64,000 bases of DNA from the human T2T-CHM13v2.0 reference genome, Homo sapiens, in NCBI RefSeq assembly GCF_009914755.1, contig NC_060927.1, one strand, 5' to 3'. Below are positions 18,061 to 31,410 of this stretch, piece by piece. Both the position numbers and the translations under genes were made by a program. The notes beneath the pieces are model-generated. The model was not told the origin of the DNA. It worked only from the letters and a program-made list of their open reading frames with translations, and ran no database searches. Numbering within the stretch: the stretch's first letter is position 1; each line of letters opens with the position of its first letter.

Positions 18061-18316
18061 ATTTTTTTATTATTATACTTTTAAGTTTTAGGGTACATGT
18101 GCACAACGTGCAGGTTTGTTACATATGTATACAGGTGCCATGATGGTGTGCTGCACCCATTAACTCGTCATTTAGCATTAGGTATATCTCCTAATGCTAT
18201 CCCTCCCCCCTCCCCCCACCCCACAACAGTCCCTGGTGTGTGATGTTCCCCTTCCTGTGTCCATGTGTTCTCATTGTTCAATTCCCACCTATGAGTGAGA
18301 ACATGCGGTGTTTGGT
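18061..18316 (-). mobile_element. Young L1PA 3' end (~250 bp)
   Basis: ttattatacttttaagttttagggtacatgtgcacaacgtgcagg. Short TSD taatttt. Confidence 0.92.
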
Positions 18317-19771
18317 AATTTTAATATATTCTAAATTAACAATTTTTGGAACACTTTGAAATCCCGTCCTACTCCAGTTTCAAATAGACATCCTCCTGCA
18401 CAGTTTTCTAAATTTCATGTAGCATTATCTTTCACAATTACGTATTTAATCATCTGGAACTGATACCCAATATCCAGTTTTTATATGGATAACCAATTGC
18501 CCCAGCATCATTTATTGGAGAGTTTCTCCTTTCCCCATTGATCTAAAAATCACTTGTCATATATTACATTTCCATATATACATGGATATGTTTTTGAATC
18601 TCTATTCTGTTCTAGCGGCCAGTTTTGTCCACCTCAGACAAACACCTCACAACAGTTTACAAATTTTAGCATTATGCCTGTAATACATCTTGATATTTGA
18701 TAGGACCAGTCACCCATCTTGTTATTTTGTAGTCAGAAGTGTATTTACTATTCTTAGCCACTTGCACTTCCAAGTAAGTTTTAAAATCAGGTTGGCAAGT
18801 CACACCTATCGCACTTCCCAAAAAAAACTCTAGGGATTTTTATTAGAATTTTATAAAATTTATTAATTAATTTGTGATAAATTTACATCTTTATGTCACC
18901 AAGTCTTTCTCTGAATGAATACGATTAACCTCTACATTGGTTTGTCTTCCCTAGTATCTCCTAATAAAGTTTTGCATTTAAAAAAAGTGTACATCATTTA
19001 TTAGATTTATTCCTAAGTACTACCTTTGTATTGAAATGGCATTGAATTTATTGACTAACTGAATTGTTTTAAATATTGAGTCTCCACATCCCGGAATATA
19101 ATTCCTTATTTATTCATGAATTATATCATGAATTATCATGATTGCAGTATCAATCATGATATCATTTTGCAATTATTTCATTAGATTTATATTTAAGCAA
19201 CATTTTGTGGCAATTATAATCATACCTCTTATGTTATATATGTGTTTTTACTGCTGATGTGTAGAAATGCTACTGCTTTTGTAGTTACTGATTTTTTTCT
19301 ATCAATCAACCTTGTAGAACTCAGTATGCTTTTAAATAGTTGCTGATAGATTTGTTTTGATTTCCCTATTTGTATTTTCTACAAATAACAATGTTTCTTT
19401 GTTTCCAATCCTTACGGTTTTTTCTCATGTGTTACACTCTTACTCTATTGGCAGGAACTTTCAGGATAATATTGTAGAGCAAATCAATTATGATTACTAA
19501 TATATTTGGGCTGCCTTTTCCAAACTCAAGTTACTTTTTAACTCATCATTTGTTTGTGTAATTTTGGTCTGTTTAATTCAGCCAAACTAATTAAGTCTTT
19601 AAAATTGTATTCTATTTTCTCCCATTTGGAAATTTGGATATTTCATTTATGTTTTTAGATAATTACATTTTCATATGTGTGCATGAATTGACCAATATGA
19701 AGATAATTAATGCTTTCATTATCCTGCCAAAAAAGAAACTTGAACGACCCCTACTCTCATAACTTCACTAC

Positions 19772-19772
19772 G

Positions 19773-19807
<35 letters not shown>

Positions 19808-19825
19808 GCTGCTGCTGCTGTTGTT
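19772..19825. repeat. Compound (GTT)12(GCT)4(GTT)2 microsatellite at an L1 tail
   Basis: Seen directly. Confidence 0.92.
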
Positions 19826-20846
19826 TTTCTAATCGTAGACTCAGGAGGTACATGTGCAAGATTTGTTATATGGGCATATTGAGTAATACTGAAGTTTGGG
19901 CCTCTATTGAACCCATCAACCAAATAGTGAAACTAGTACCCAATAGGTAGTTTTTCAACTCTTTTTTCCTCCCTCCCTGCCCCCTTTTGGAGTCCCCAGT
20001 GTCTATTGTTTCCAGTTTTATGTCCACATGTACCCATTGTTTAACTCCCATGTGTTAAGTGAGAACATGCAGTATTTGGTTTTCGGTTTCTGTGTTAATT
20101 CACTTAGGGTAACAGCCTCCCGCTGCAAATGACATGATTTCATTCTTTTTTATGGCTGTGCAATATTTGATGGTGTATATGTACCACATTTGATGAACAC
20201 TTAGGTTGATTCTATGACTTTACTATTATGAATAGTGCTTTGATAAACATATGAGTGCAGATATTCTTTGATAGAATGATTTCTTTTCCTTTGGGTAGAT
20301 ACCCACTCCAGTAATGGTATCAATTATGGTTGCTGGGTCAAATGGTAGTTCCATTTTCAGTAATTTGAGAAATCTCCACACTGCTTTTCATAGAGGTTGA
20401 ACTAAGTTACATTTCCACCAATAGTGCCTAAGTGTTCCCTTTTCCTCTCAGCCTCACCAAGATTTGTTATTTTTGGCTTTTTAATAATAGCCATCCTGCA
20501 TGGTCTCATTGTGGTCTTAATTTGCATTTCTCTAATGATTAGTAATGTTGAGTACTTTTTCATGTTTATTGGCTTGCATATATGTGTCTTTTTTTTGAGA
20601 AGTGTCTGTTCACGTCCTTTGTCCACTTTTCAATGGGTTATTTGTTTTCTCCTTGTTGATTTGTTTAACTTCCTGATAGATTCTGGATATTAGTCCTTTG
20701 TCAGGTGCAGAGCTTGCAAATATTTTCTCCCATTCTGTAGGTAGTCTGTTTACTCTGTTAATTATTTATTTTGCTGTGCAGAAGCTCTTTAGTTTAATTA
20801 AGTCCCATTTGTCAATTTTTGGTTTTGTTCCATTTACTTTTGAGCA
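19826..20846 (-). mobile_element. Older primate L1 (L1PA15-17/L1PB-like) 3' ~1 kb
   Basis: Antisense 3' UTR plus ORF2 end ([13 protein letters not shown]). Confidence 0.85.
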
Positions 20847-20946
20847 CTGTCTTTTTTTTTGTAATGTTTAAATTACACCATTTTTGCTAATATATAAAAA
20901 GGCAATTGACTATTGCATATCACTTTGGTTTCAGCAACTATACTAG

Positions 20947-21246
20947 TTTTTGTTTGTTTTTTGTTTTGTTTTGTTTTTTGCAAAAGGGTCTCGCTCTGTC
21001 ACACTGGCTGGAGTACAGTAGCACAATCGTGATTCACTGCAGCCTTGAAATCCTGGGCTCAAGCAATCCTCCCACCTCGGCCCCCCATGCAGCTGAAACT
21101 ACGGGCATGCACCACTACGCCTGGCTAATTTTCTTTTTAGAGATGGTGCCTTGCTGTGGTCTTGAACTCCTGAGTTCAAGTGATCCTCCTCCCACCTCAG
21201 CCTCCCAAAGTGTAGAGATTACAGATGCAAGCCACCTCACCCAGCC
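20947..21246 (-). mobile_element. AluJ
   Basis: Diverged antisense dimer with a (GTTTT)-like tail. Confidence 0.88.
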
Positions 21247-24080
21247 TAAATTTTCTTATTAATAATTTATCTATAGATTCTTTTGTATTTTCTTCATAAT
21301 TACATCATTGGTGAATACGCTTTTATTTCTTCTTTACAGTAAATATACTATTCATTCATATGTTATACTGCTAGTAAATCAGTAAATCATGAATAAAACA
21401 GGTAATAATGGACATCTTTACTTTTGTTTCTGCTCATAAAATGGATTCTGTCAACATTTCACCATTAAGTATCAAGTTTACTATAGGTATTTCTTCTATA
21501 CCATTTATCATATTAAGGATGTTCCTATCTTTTCAATTTGATAGGAGTTTTTATCATGAATGAATGTTAAATTTTGTCAAATATGTTTATCTACATTTAT
21601 TACATTATTATATGATTATAACCCTTTAATATATTATTTATGTAATAGATTACATTACTACTCAAATAATAACCCACATTATAAGTTCCTGGGATAACCA
21701 CAGCTTGATCATGATATATTTTCATTTTTATATATTGCTAGTTTATCTTGTTTTTAAAATTTCACGTTTATGTTTGTGAAAGATATTGACCTATAATTTT
21801 TTTGTGTATTGTTCTGATTTGGTTTTAGTATCAAAGTTTACTAACTTCATTAATAGGTTGGGTAGCATTTCATCTTTTTCTATATTCTGGAATGATTTGT
21901 ATACTATAAGTACAGTTTAGCTATAAATCATCAGAGACTACTGTTTCCATTATGGTGATATTTTTAATTGATGATTCAAATTTTTAATGATTTATAAGTA
22001 TTTGAGTTTTCTATTTATTTCTGAATCAGTTTCAGTAAGTTATATTTTTGGAAAAGTTTGCTGTATATTTCAGGAAGTTATAAACTTCAGAGTTTTCAAA
22101 TGTCTCATTATATAGTTATTTTCAATATTTTCTTTCCAATCCATACCTTATCTGTAGTTATAGTTTTTAATTCCTGATACTTATTTGGCCCTTTTCTATT
22201 TTTTCCTTGATCAATTTTTTCAGTTTTTCATTAGTCTTTTCAAAAGAAATTAACCTTTGAACCCATTAGTCCTTTAATATAGTTCATCTATTTCATTTAT
22301 TTCTGCTCAAGTTTATTATTTCCTTCCTTATACTTTGTTTTAGTATATTCTGTTAATCTTTTCCTAACTTACTAATTTGGATGCCTAGTGCATTAATCTT
22401 CAGGCTTTCTTCTTATCTAAGTATTTGAAACTATATATTTCTATCCTTAGAAATATACAGTTTTGCTTTAGCTGCATCCCACTAATTGTTCTAGAGTGTT
22501 TTTCATATCATTTAATTCTGATTTTTAATTTTTGCTGGACTTTATTCTATGACCCATGAGTTCTTTGTACTATGGTTTTACTTTCTTCTGTAGATGTCAT
22601 TCTAGTTATTTTTTGTTATTTATTTCTAGCATTATTGCATTAGAGCCAAATAATGTGGTCAATAAAAAGGCCAGTACTTCTCAAAGTCTCCCTAGGTTAT
22701 AACACCCTCACTTATCTGGACGATTCACATAATTTTCTGTTTCTTTCTATATCTTGGATTAAAGCTTTTCATAAAATTTAATATGCTAATTGGTCCAACA
22801 AAAATAAATATGAATTAAAATATTAAGATATCATTGGGAGAGTGTGTTATCTAATAAGCTAAAGGCAGGACTAAAAAGAATAATTCCAACCTTTGTTTCC
22901 ATAATTTTGTTCTCACTTTTAGTGTCTTACCCATAAGACCTGGGTCACAGTGTTACAAGACTTCCTGGGAAGTCCCATGAATTAATACGTTGGCAATAAT
23001 AACATTAAGCTCATGGACAAAATCCTTCATGTTAATGACATATATATATAAATGAAGTGTGACTGTCATTTCTCCCCAAACTCAAAAACACATTGCTCCT
23101 GATGAAATGTACACATTAAAAGACCAAAACAGATAATAATAATTAAACTAATCAAATTGTACCATAAAATATATACCTACCAGCTCAAGGAAAAATCTAT
23201 AAAATCTGAAACTAATTTAAGATGAGGATATATGTAAAAGAAGCACATCTCAAAAATGGAAGAGGCTGTGGTGGACAGAAGGCAGAAGAATGGCTGTGTT
23301 CATCAAAGCCATGCCTTCTCTGCCATATGAAATAACAGGTGTGTTCTCGTGGGGCAGAGATGTATAGCAGCTGTGCTCACTGAAGCTCTGAAGGCACTCA
23401 GCAATCCATTGCCTCATAGGTACACCTTCATAAGATCTAACAGAAGGGCATGTTTCCCTAAGTCTGGGAACTAGAGGGTTCAGTGCCTGGAGAGTTTGAT
23501 TTTCTTCTGGAAAGAGTACTAAATTTGTTGGTGGTAGAGTCCAATGGACACTGATGGGAAGATAGAAACTGGAGGTCTGTTCTAGCCATCATTCCCTGAT
23601 TTATTTAGTTTTAATAGACCATTCAGCCTCCCTATAACTGGCTATCTCACAACCTATGCTTGTTGTAGCCAGTCTAGTCCAAATAAAAGGAACATATTTT
23701 GTGAGCCTAATAAATGCAAGAGACTGAACTTACAAAGATGTGGTCTGTCTTTAACTCTTGAACAGCTCAGTATTCACTGGGCCAGAGAGGCACAAACATA
23801 AATATTCAGCACATGTAAGTTCTGGAAGAGCTCTCAGCCAAGTAATTTCAGATACATTTAATTCTTCATTTCTAATTCATGCTTTCCCTACTTCTCTTCC
23901 CTGCATCCACCAGGTGCCCCATCATGTATCTGATAGCTTCAGGATTCTGCAGAATTCTCTTCTGCCCTTTCCATGTTTTAGTGGCCACGCTGTCTTTTGT
24001 TTCTCTGACTACTTAAAGAGTCTCATTAAAACCCATAGTGTTGCTAGTTCTAGACACAAATGATGCCCAGATCTAAATCT

Positions 24081-24405
24081 ATTTGTTTGTTTGTTTGTTT
24101 GTTCTTAAGTTCTGGGGTACATGTGCAGGATGTGCAGGTTTGTTACACAGGTAAACATGTGCCATAGGTGGTTTGCTGCACCTATCAACCCAACACCTAG
24201 GTATTAAGCCCAGCATGCACTAGCTGTTTTCCCTAACACTCTTCCACTCCCACTCTCCCCCAACACGCCCCAGTAAATGTTGTTCCCCTCCCTGTGTCCA
24301 CGTGTTCTCATTGCTCAGCTCCCACTTATAAGTGAGAACATGCGGTGTTTGGTTTTCTGTTTCTGCGTTAGTTTGCTGAGGATAATGGCTTCCAGCTTCA
24401 TCTAA
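24081..24405 (-). mobile_element. L1PA 3' end with (GTTT)n tail, inserted in L2-like sequence
   Basis: aagttctggggtacatgtgcaggatgtgcagg. TSD atctaaatct at 24071 and 24410. Confidence 0.9.
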
Positions 24406-27400
24406 GTAAATCTAAATCTTAATCTCCTCCATCATTTCTCTTTTTTTAAACCCCTCTTTATCTAACACCTGAAACACTGGGAGAGTTTAAGAATCAGTCC
24501 CTTTGTCTCCATATGTAAACATTTCTAAACAACCAACCACACTAACACGAGTGATCTTTCTAAAGCACATATCTAATCATTGTACTTGCTTAATTCTTTT
24601 AATGCCCCCTCTAACTTCAAAAGACATACAAGATCCTTTTTCTCTGGTGCCTGCCTATCTAACCAGCTCACTGTCTGCCATTCCCTGCCCACAATATCCT
24701 GGAATCCAACCACACTCTACTACCTCTATTCTCTTATATTCTGCCTGGATACTCTTCCTTTCTCAATCATTTGCTCGTCCAAGACTTAGTTTGGTCCGTC
24801 AAAGGACTCTTAATCATCACCATTTAAATCAAGTTATGGTCCCTAACTGGCAGGCTTCCTAAACCACCTTTGAGCTTGTAAATCATAGCCCTGGGCCAAT
24901 TTAATCCATAACATGTCTGTAGTTACGGTTTTTAATTCCTGACATTTATTTGGCCCTTTTCTGTTTTTTTCTTCTACCATCGATCCACTGACTGTTCATT
25001 TTAAGGAATGCCTGAAAAAGTAATGGCCAATGTGCCTGAAGCCAATTTGCCAAAGAATCCATTTGTCATCAGTCATTTTGATGAATTTATCGAATTTAGC
25101 TATATACCACAAATTTTGTATGATCACTGTAACCCTACACAGTTCTATAATAAACCACACTAAATGGAATGAAAACATTTACAGGGGGGCCAGATTTAGG
25201 GCCTTCAGACTCACTCCACTCCGTCTCACTCTCTGCAGCCATTGTCTCTCAATCTCTCCGCCCCTCTGTCTTTCCATCTCTTGTCCCAGACACCCTCGGC
25301 CTCCAGTCTCCCTTCCTCTCTGTCCCCTGTTCCCCCCACCCCCATCCCAGCCATGCCCTCCTGCTTCCTCTGCCCGCTAGTCTTCCCTCCTCTACCCCTG
25401 TGTGTCCCCCTCTCTAGGTCAGTGGGCCAGACTTCGTGTTTCACTGATTCTTCTTTTCAACTTAGCAGAGGGTCCTACTATTCTTACCATAACCTTTATC
25501 AATGAGTCAAGAAACAAATTTTGGTTAATTGATAAAGTTGATAAATCCATCAAAGTGGTCATAATGTGAAATTTGCCACAAGAATTTCAATAATTCTAAA
25601 ATATTAGCAAAACAGCCAGTGACTCTAAAAAGAATCTGAAAACTAGTAAAAATTGAAAGGTTCCCACATGAAATGCTAAATTTTTGTCATATTTGTTAGA
25701 AGGATATATTCACAAACGTATTCAAGAAAGGCATATTTATAAATATATTCATAAGAATATATTTACAAAGAGACTAAGCCTCCTTAGAAAACTTAGCTTT
25801 TAAAAATATCAAACTGATCCTAAAATACCACTAAGATGAATGTATCCGTAAGAAAAATACACTTTATGATTGAACAGATTTTTAAAATATAGTCTTAAAA
25901 TATTCATACAAAAATTTATTTATATTCATTTACTATATTTAAAACAATACTCCTTAAAATAAGTCTTTGTTAAATCTGTAAGTGTCGTAAAGTTGGCAAA
26001 ATATTTATGTAGTGAGCTGATCCTTCAGTAAACTGGCTTTTTGGGAATTAGCCATTGAGAAACTGATCCTTTAGCAAGTTGGCCCTTGGCGTATCAGTTT
26101 GCTTCTCCTGTACACACCTATCTAATCAGTCTCATTGCCATACACTGCAATGACTGACATCTCACTCAGCTCCCTTGGGACTCTAAGTCTTATTTATTTG
26201 GTATCGCCAGAACTTAGCACATTGTGTTTCATCTGATGAAGACTTAGAAATGTTGACTAATGAATAAGCAAATTAATTCATAAGTGGCCTTTATGCTGCC
26301 TTAACCTGAATACTTTTCTCCTTCTCTTTATAGGATAGCTACCAAGGGAATCTGAATTTAAATGGGTGTGACAGCCAAGGAGGAAAAACTTTCTTTCACA
26401 TTTTGCTCTTTATATCCATATTTGTATGTGCATGGCCTCAAAAATAATTTGTTTATGAATTATGGGCTGACCCCCAATATCAAACTTCAAGAAACTACAT
26501 AAAAGGAGCTCAAAATAAAATTTTACTAGGTTGACTAATGCTTGGCGTAAAATTGATTGAAGCCTTACTAAACAATTGAAAATATTTTGTTTACAAGATA
26601 TTTATCACAAACACTTTTGTTATACTTGGATTTGCCCTGTAGATTTATTAATAACTTCTATTCTCCAAAGGCTTTGAACAGAATGTTCCCTATATATAGT
26701 AAAGACTGCACATATCTACTATTTGTTATTGTCAACATGTGGTTCACCCTGAAGCCAAGACTATCTCAACAGACCTTAAATATGGTGCTTTGCCAGGACA
26801 CACCAAGGCTAGATCAGCTTCAAACTTATAAAGTCAAATTCCTGCTCTACACCCACTGTTGGGCAGCACACTTAGTCAAAACTGAATTTGTAGTCATACC
26901 CCAGACTCATTCTTCCTCCTGAGCTCTCCACATCAGTGAATTGTCCCTCATTCCATTATTCTTAGCACTACCACCCCCACCCTCAATTCCTCTCAGGTAG
27001 ATTCATAAAGAATAGACAGAAAGAACCAAAGGGTGATAAGCTATCAGCCTTGTTAATACTTACATGGTAACTCACACATTACAAGGCTTCCTAGTATGGA
27101 AGAGGATACATAGGGCTGTGGCCCAAAATATGGCATCATGCTCCTTCCAACTAGCACTGAAGACAACATGGTGTAGAAGGGGCCAACTAATGCACCCTGT
27201 CTCAGGCTGTGAACACCCTCTTTCCCAACTGAGACTTACTACCTTTACTACTTGGACATGCAAAAAACCAAAGCCTGAACAAAAGCAAGTCCAAATGATA
27301 ATTTTTGTTTTACAAAAATTATGCCACACATAAGCAATGACCCAAAAAACAGAGGTGGCCCTCTGACTGGCCTATCTCACCATTGAGATTAGTCACTCCT

Positions 27401-27559
27401 CTGCCTGTGCTTAGGACACTAAACTTGTGTGTACTATAAATGTACAATCACTTTCTTCCTCTTTAGCAAGGTCAGCAGAAGTCACCTCTTTGGATCCTGG
27501 AAGAGTAGGGAAATACGGAAACAAGAATCTCACCTTTCCACTCTCCATGATTTCTCCAG

Positions 27560-28330
27560 TCATCCACATCAAGTACTAGAGCATAAATCTAAACTATATC
27601 CTTTTTCTTACTTCCTCATCATCCCCTGTATTCTATCAGCCACCAAATCCTGAAGTTCTGTCTCATAGATATTTCTCCATGTATCGTTTCTTCTTTATAC
27701 ATCCTACCTTGATCCTAGATCCAGCCCTCACTGTCCTTTGCCAACACTACAGTAACAATCCCCCCATTCCTCTCTCTGATTTAAGCCTTATCCTGTTTCT
27801 TAAACTCTGCACAGAAGCCAGAGTGATCATTTTGAAACTCAATCGTGTCACCCTCTGACAGATTCCTATTCACTACAGAATAAAGGCCAAGCTCTTTAGA
27901 ATGACTTACAAAACCCTTCATGGCCTACCTACCTTTGCAAACTCATCTGCCTCTTTTTCCCTGTCCCATAGGCATCTCAGTAATATTAAAACAGTTGTAG
28001 TTTCTGATATTCACCATGCAATTGCAAGTCTCCATCCCTTTGTTCATGTGAGTCTTTCTGTCTAAAATACCTTTGACTCTTTGTCTCATTTGGTTAACTC
28101 TGATTCAATCTTGAAGATTTTGTTTAAGGTGTTTCTCCTTCAGGAACCTTTCCCTAAATTCAACCCTGGCTCTCTGTCCTGCTCCCTCAAGCTGGGGTAT
28201 CCTTCCCTCTTCTCTATTCCCATAACACTCTGTGAATTGCTCCATCATTAAGTTTTTCACCCCACGCTGATATTTATATACATGTCTGTTTTCCTTTGGG
28301 GCAGGGGCCATATCCCCAATAACAAGAGAT
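27560..28330 (+). mobile_element. L2
   Basis: agaagccagagtgatcattttgaaa...agaataaaggccaagctc...ctccttcaggaacctttcccta. Confidence 0.65.
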
Positions 28331-30158
28331 TACCAGCATTCAGGAGAAGTGTGTGAACCTAAACTGAACTCTGCTCTTCCAAATCATGTATTCATTTCTT
28401 TATTTTCCATTAATTCTATAATCATTTACTAATGAATTCCATGGGTATGGCCCACTCCACTCACCCACTTTCATTTTGCTGGGTAGTATCCTGATTTCTC
28501 AGATATTTTTGGGCTGTATGAAAATCATTCACTTTTCCCCTCTCTATACATTCCAGAGCATATCAAAAACATTTGTTAACCACTTTCAAATTGTGATTTG
28601 TTTTTGAATTACACGTTTGAATCATTTTTATATGCTTCTTGTTCTGATGACACTGATTACACTTCTTCTCTTTTATGGGTATAGGCTGACATAAGTGATG
28701 CTGTGTGACAGTCTAATACCCTGGAATTGTGAGATTATGCTCCCTCCTTGCTGTCTTCTATCTGCAGGAAATTCAGATCTCTATGGCAGCCATCAGAGTT
28801 AAATACATGTTGATAAATAATATAAGTGAAGTAACAGCAGATTATTATTTTACAGCAGGTCTTTGAAGCTACTCAGACTCAGCCTGTCTCTTCCTGATTC
28901 AGAAAAGCTTTCAGCCCACTGGCTTTAGCTGCTAACGGACACTGATTTTTTAAAATTTGAGTTCCTAAAGGGTGAAGTTTTAAAAGCTTTGATGTAAATC
29001 CTAGAATTTCCAAACAAAATCTCAAAAAAGAATGAAGAAACACAGAGGGTGGGTGGTTGCCAGTCTGTGGAAGTCAAAAACAGGGCAGGCCAGCTAATCC
29101 AGAGGCATTGGGATTGGGAGCTGGGGAACAATGAAAGATATGGGCTCTCCAGGCCTCTGGCAATGACCATGAGCAGCCAAGAGCAAGTGAGAGTGGGAAG
29201 AAGCCAGGAAAGACAAGGCCGTGAAATGATGATAAACAAAGGCCTGTATTTAGCTCTGACTCTCCTACTACAATGGGCTCACTTCTCAAGGAAAGAGTAA
29301 GATTTATACAAACCACCTCAAAAAGAGAACTTTAAAATAATAATAAGAAGAAGCTAATCAGTTAATTTTGCACAACCAATACTTAGATTAATAAATACTC
29401 GGCCCTACAACCTCATGGAAATATATTAAGTACATACACACTCCATCACCTCTATAAGGAATCAAAATGTTTAGCAACCAGCCCAGAAGGGATCAGCCAA
29501 TCAGAACAGATACTGGCCATAAACACCAGTCAGGCCATCCTGGAGCACAAAGCTAAATATAAGCCCTGAATAAACACACAACTGCGCAAACAACAGGCAT
29601 ATCTTCCCTCCCCCGCAAAGTTCCACTTTAGAGTCAACTCTGGTTCCTCTCCCAAGCAACAAGAGCGATTAGCCATAAAAATTTGAATGAAAAATCTGAA
29701 GTTATTCTTGTGCATATTGGCTTTTTGCCTGAAGCTAAAAAAAAATGACTTCAGTTTCTTTTTCCATTTTCAGCATTTTATTTGTCCTCCTTGCTGTTTC
29801 TAGGCTCTAAAGGCCAGCGATTTTCCCATTTCCACTGCCCTGCAATCCAAAGCTCCCTTCTCAAAATAGACATTGAAAAATCATGAGCTGTTTCTTGGTC
29901 ACAGGCCTTGCAGGAATTCCTGAGCATTGCCTTCCTACTCAAGCTTCTCATCATCTCCCCAAGCACCCAGCACTTCCGCATTTCTTTTCTACCTTCTCCT
30001 CCAGACCTGGTTTCAAATCCAATCCTCCATCCCCAAGCTTTATACACTACTCATTTTCTTGCCATTTTGTCCATTAAAAATTCTCTGTAGAATAGTAGCA
30101 ATTTTAGGATGTTCTGATGTCCGTGTCATTGAGCTGTAGCTCCCCACCCCATTTTTGA

Positions 30159-30496
<338 letters not shown>

Positions 30497-31410
30497 AAAT
30501 CTCATGTCAGTCATTCTCTTAAATAATTTGCGTGTATCATGTCACTTAGCCATTAAAATGCATTTAAACATTATTTTCACTTTGCAGGCGACTGGGGATC
30601 AGAAAGACTAAGGCACTTGTTATTGATCACACAGCTAACAAGCAGTGAAATCAGTCTGAACTCAGGAGACAGTTGATTTCAATTTCTTGTTCTTTCTTAC
30701 CCTACATTGCTGCTCTAAAATAAAAAACAAAAATACTAATAAAATTGTCCAAAGTTATAGGGCCTGGGCTCGATTTGAATGACACTTTTCTAACTCAATC
30801 GAAAGTTTTCACATATAAGAATAGCTGGGTCACCACTCTACATCTTCACACTGCTTATCAATCTCAAGCCAACAAAGCCCTAAGCAGCTCTCAGCTTGAG
30901 AAAAATGTTAACCAAAATAACTTCTACCTATCACTACTGAAGAAAAATGAAAGATTAATTTGATATATTCCTAGTATATGTTGCCATTTATTTGAATCAA
31001 TGCTCCATTAGGTATTCCAAAATTATCTAAAAATCAATAATGATCAGATTTGGGTTAAATGGTAAAGTCAACAAACCCAAAGCATTATTTTGAGGGTTGA
31101 GGGGATTGGTTTCTTTCTTTAGAATTAGATAGAAGGAAAATTAATTTGCAGTTAAGACATTGGCCCCAGAGTAAAGAAGGAGGGCTTATTTCTGCTCAGG
31201 ACTGGTACACATACAAGCGTGCATGTGCTTGTGAGTGTGTGTACATGCATGTGTGTGCTTGTGTGGGAGGTAGTGGACACACACTGAGGTCCAGCTGCAC
31301 TGAAGCAGGTTTGGAGGGCCCTAGGAAGGCATGGGCAGAAACTGACCTGCTCTCTAGGGGCATGCTGATTAACTAAACTTAATGTAAGACCATATTGTTT
31401 TTAACCTCAG

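Larger units (their letters stand above)
16985..22670 (-). mobile_element. Long decayed ancient L1M (L1MC/L1ME-like), interrupted by younger insertions
   Basis: T-rich antisense L1 3' UTR and ORF2-like motifs (catgtaaatggaatcat, ggttttccaaag, tttagctgcatcccac). Confidence 0.7.

Noticed and set aside
30570-30670. Strong acceptor ttttcactttgcag|G in MIR-like sequence
   Set aside because: No convincing downstream donor to define an exon.
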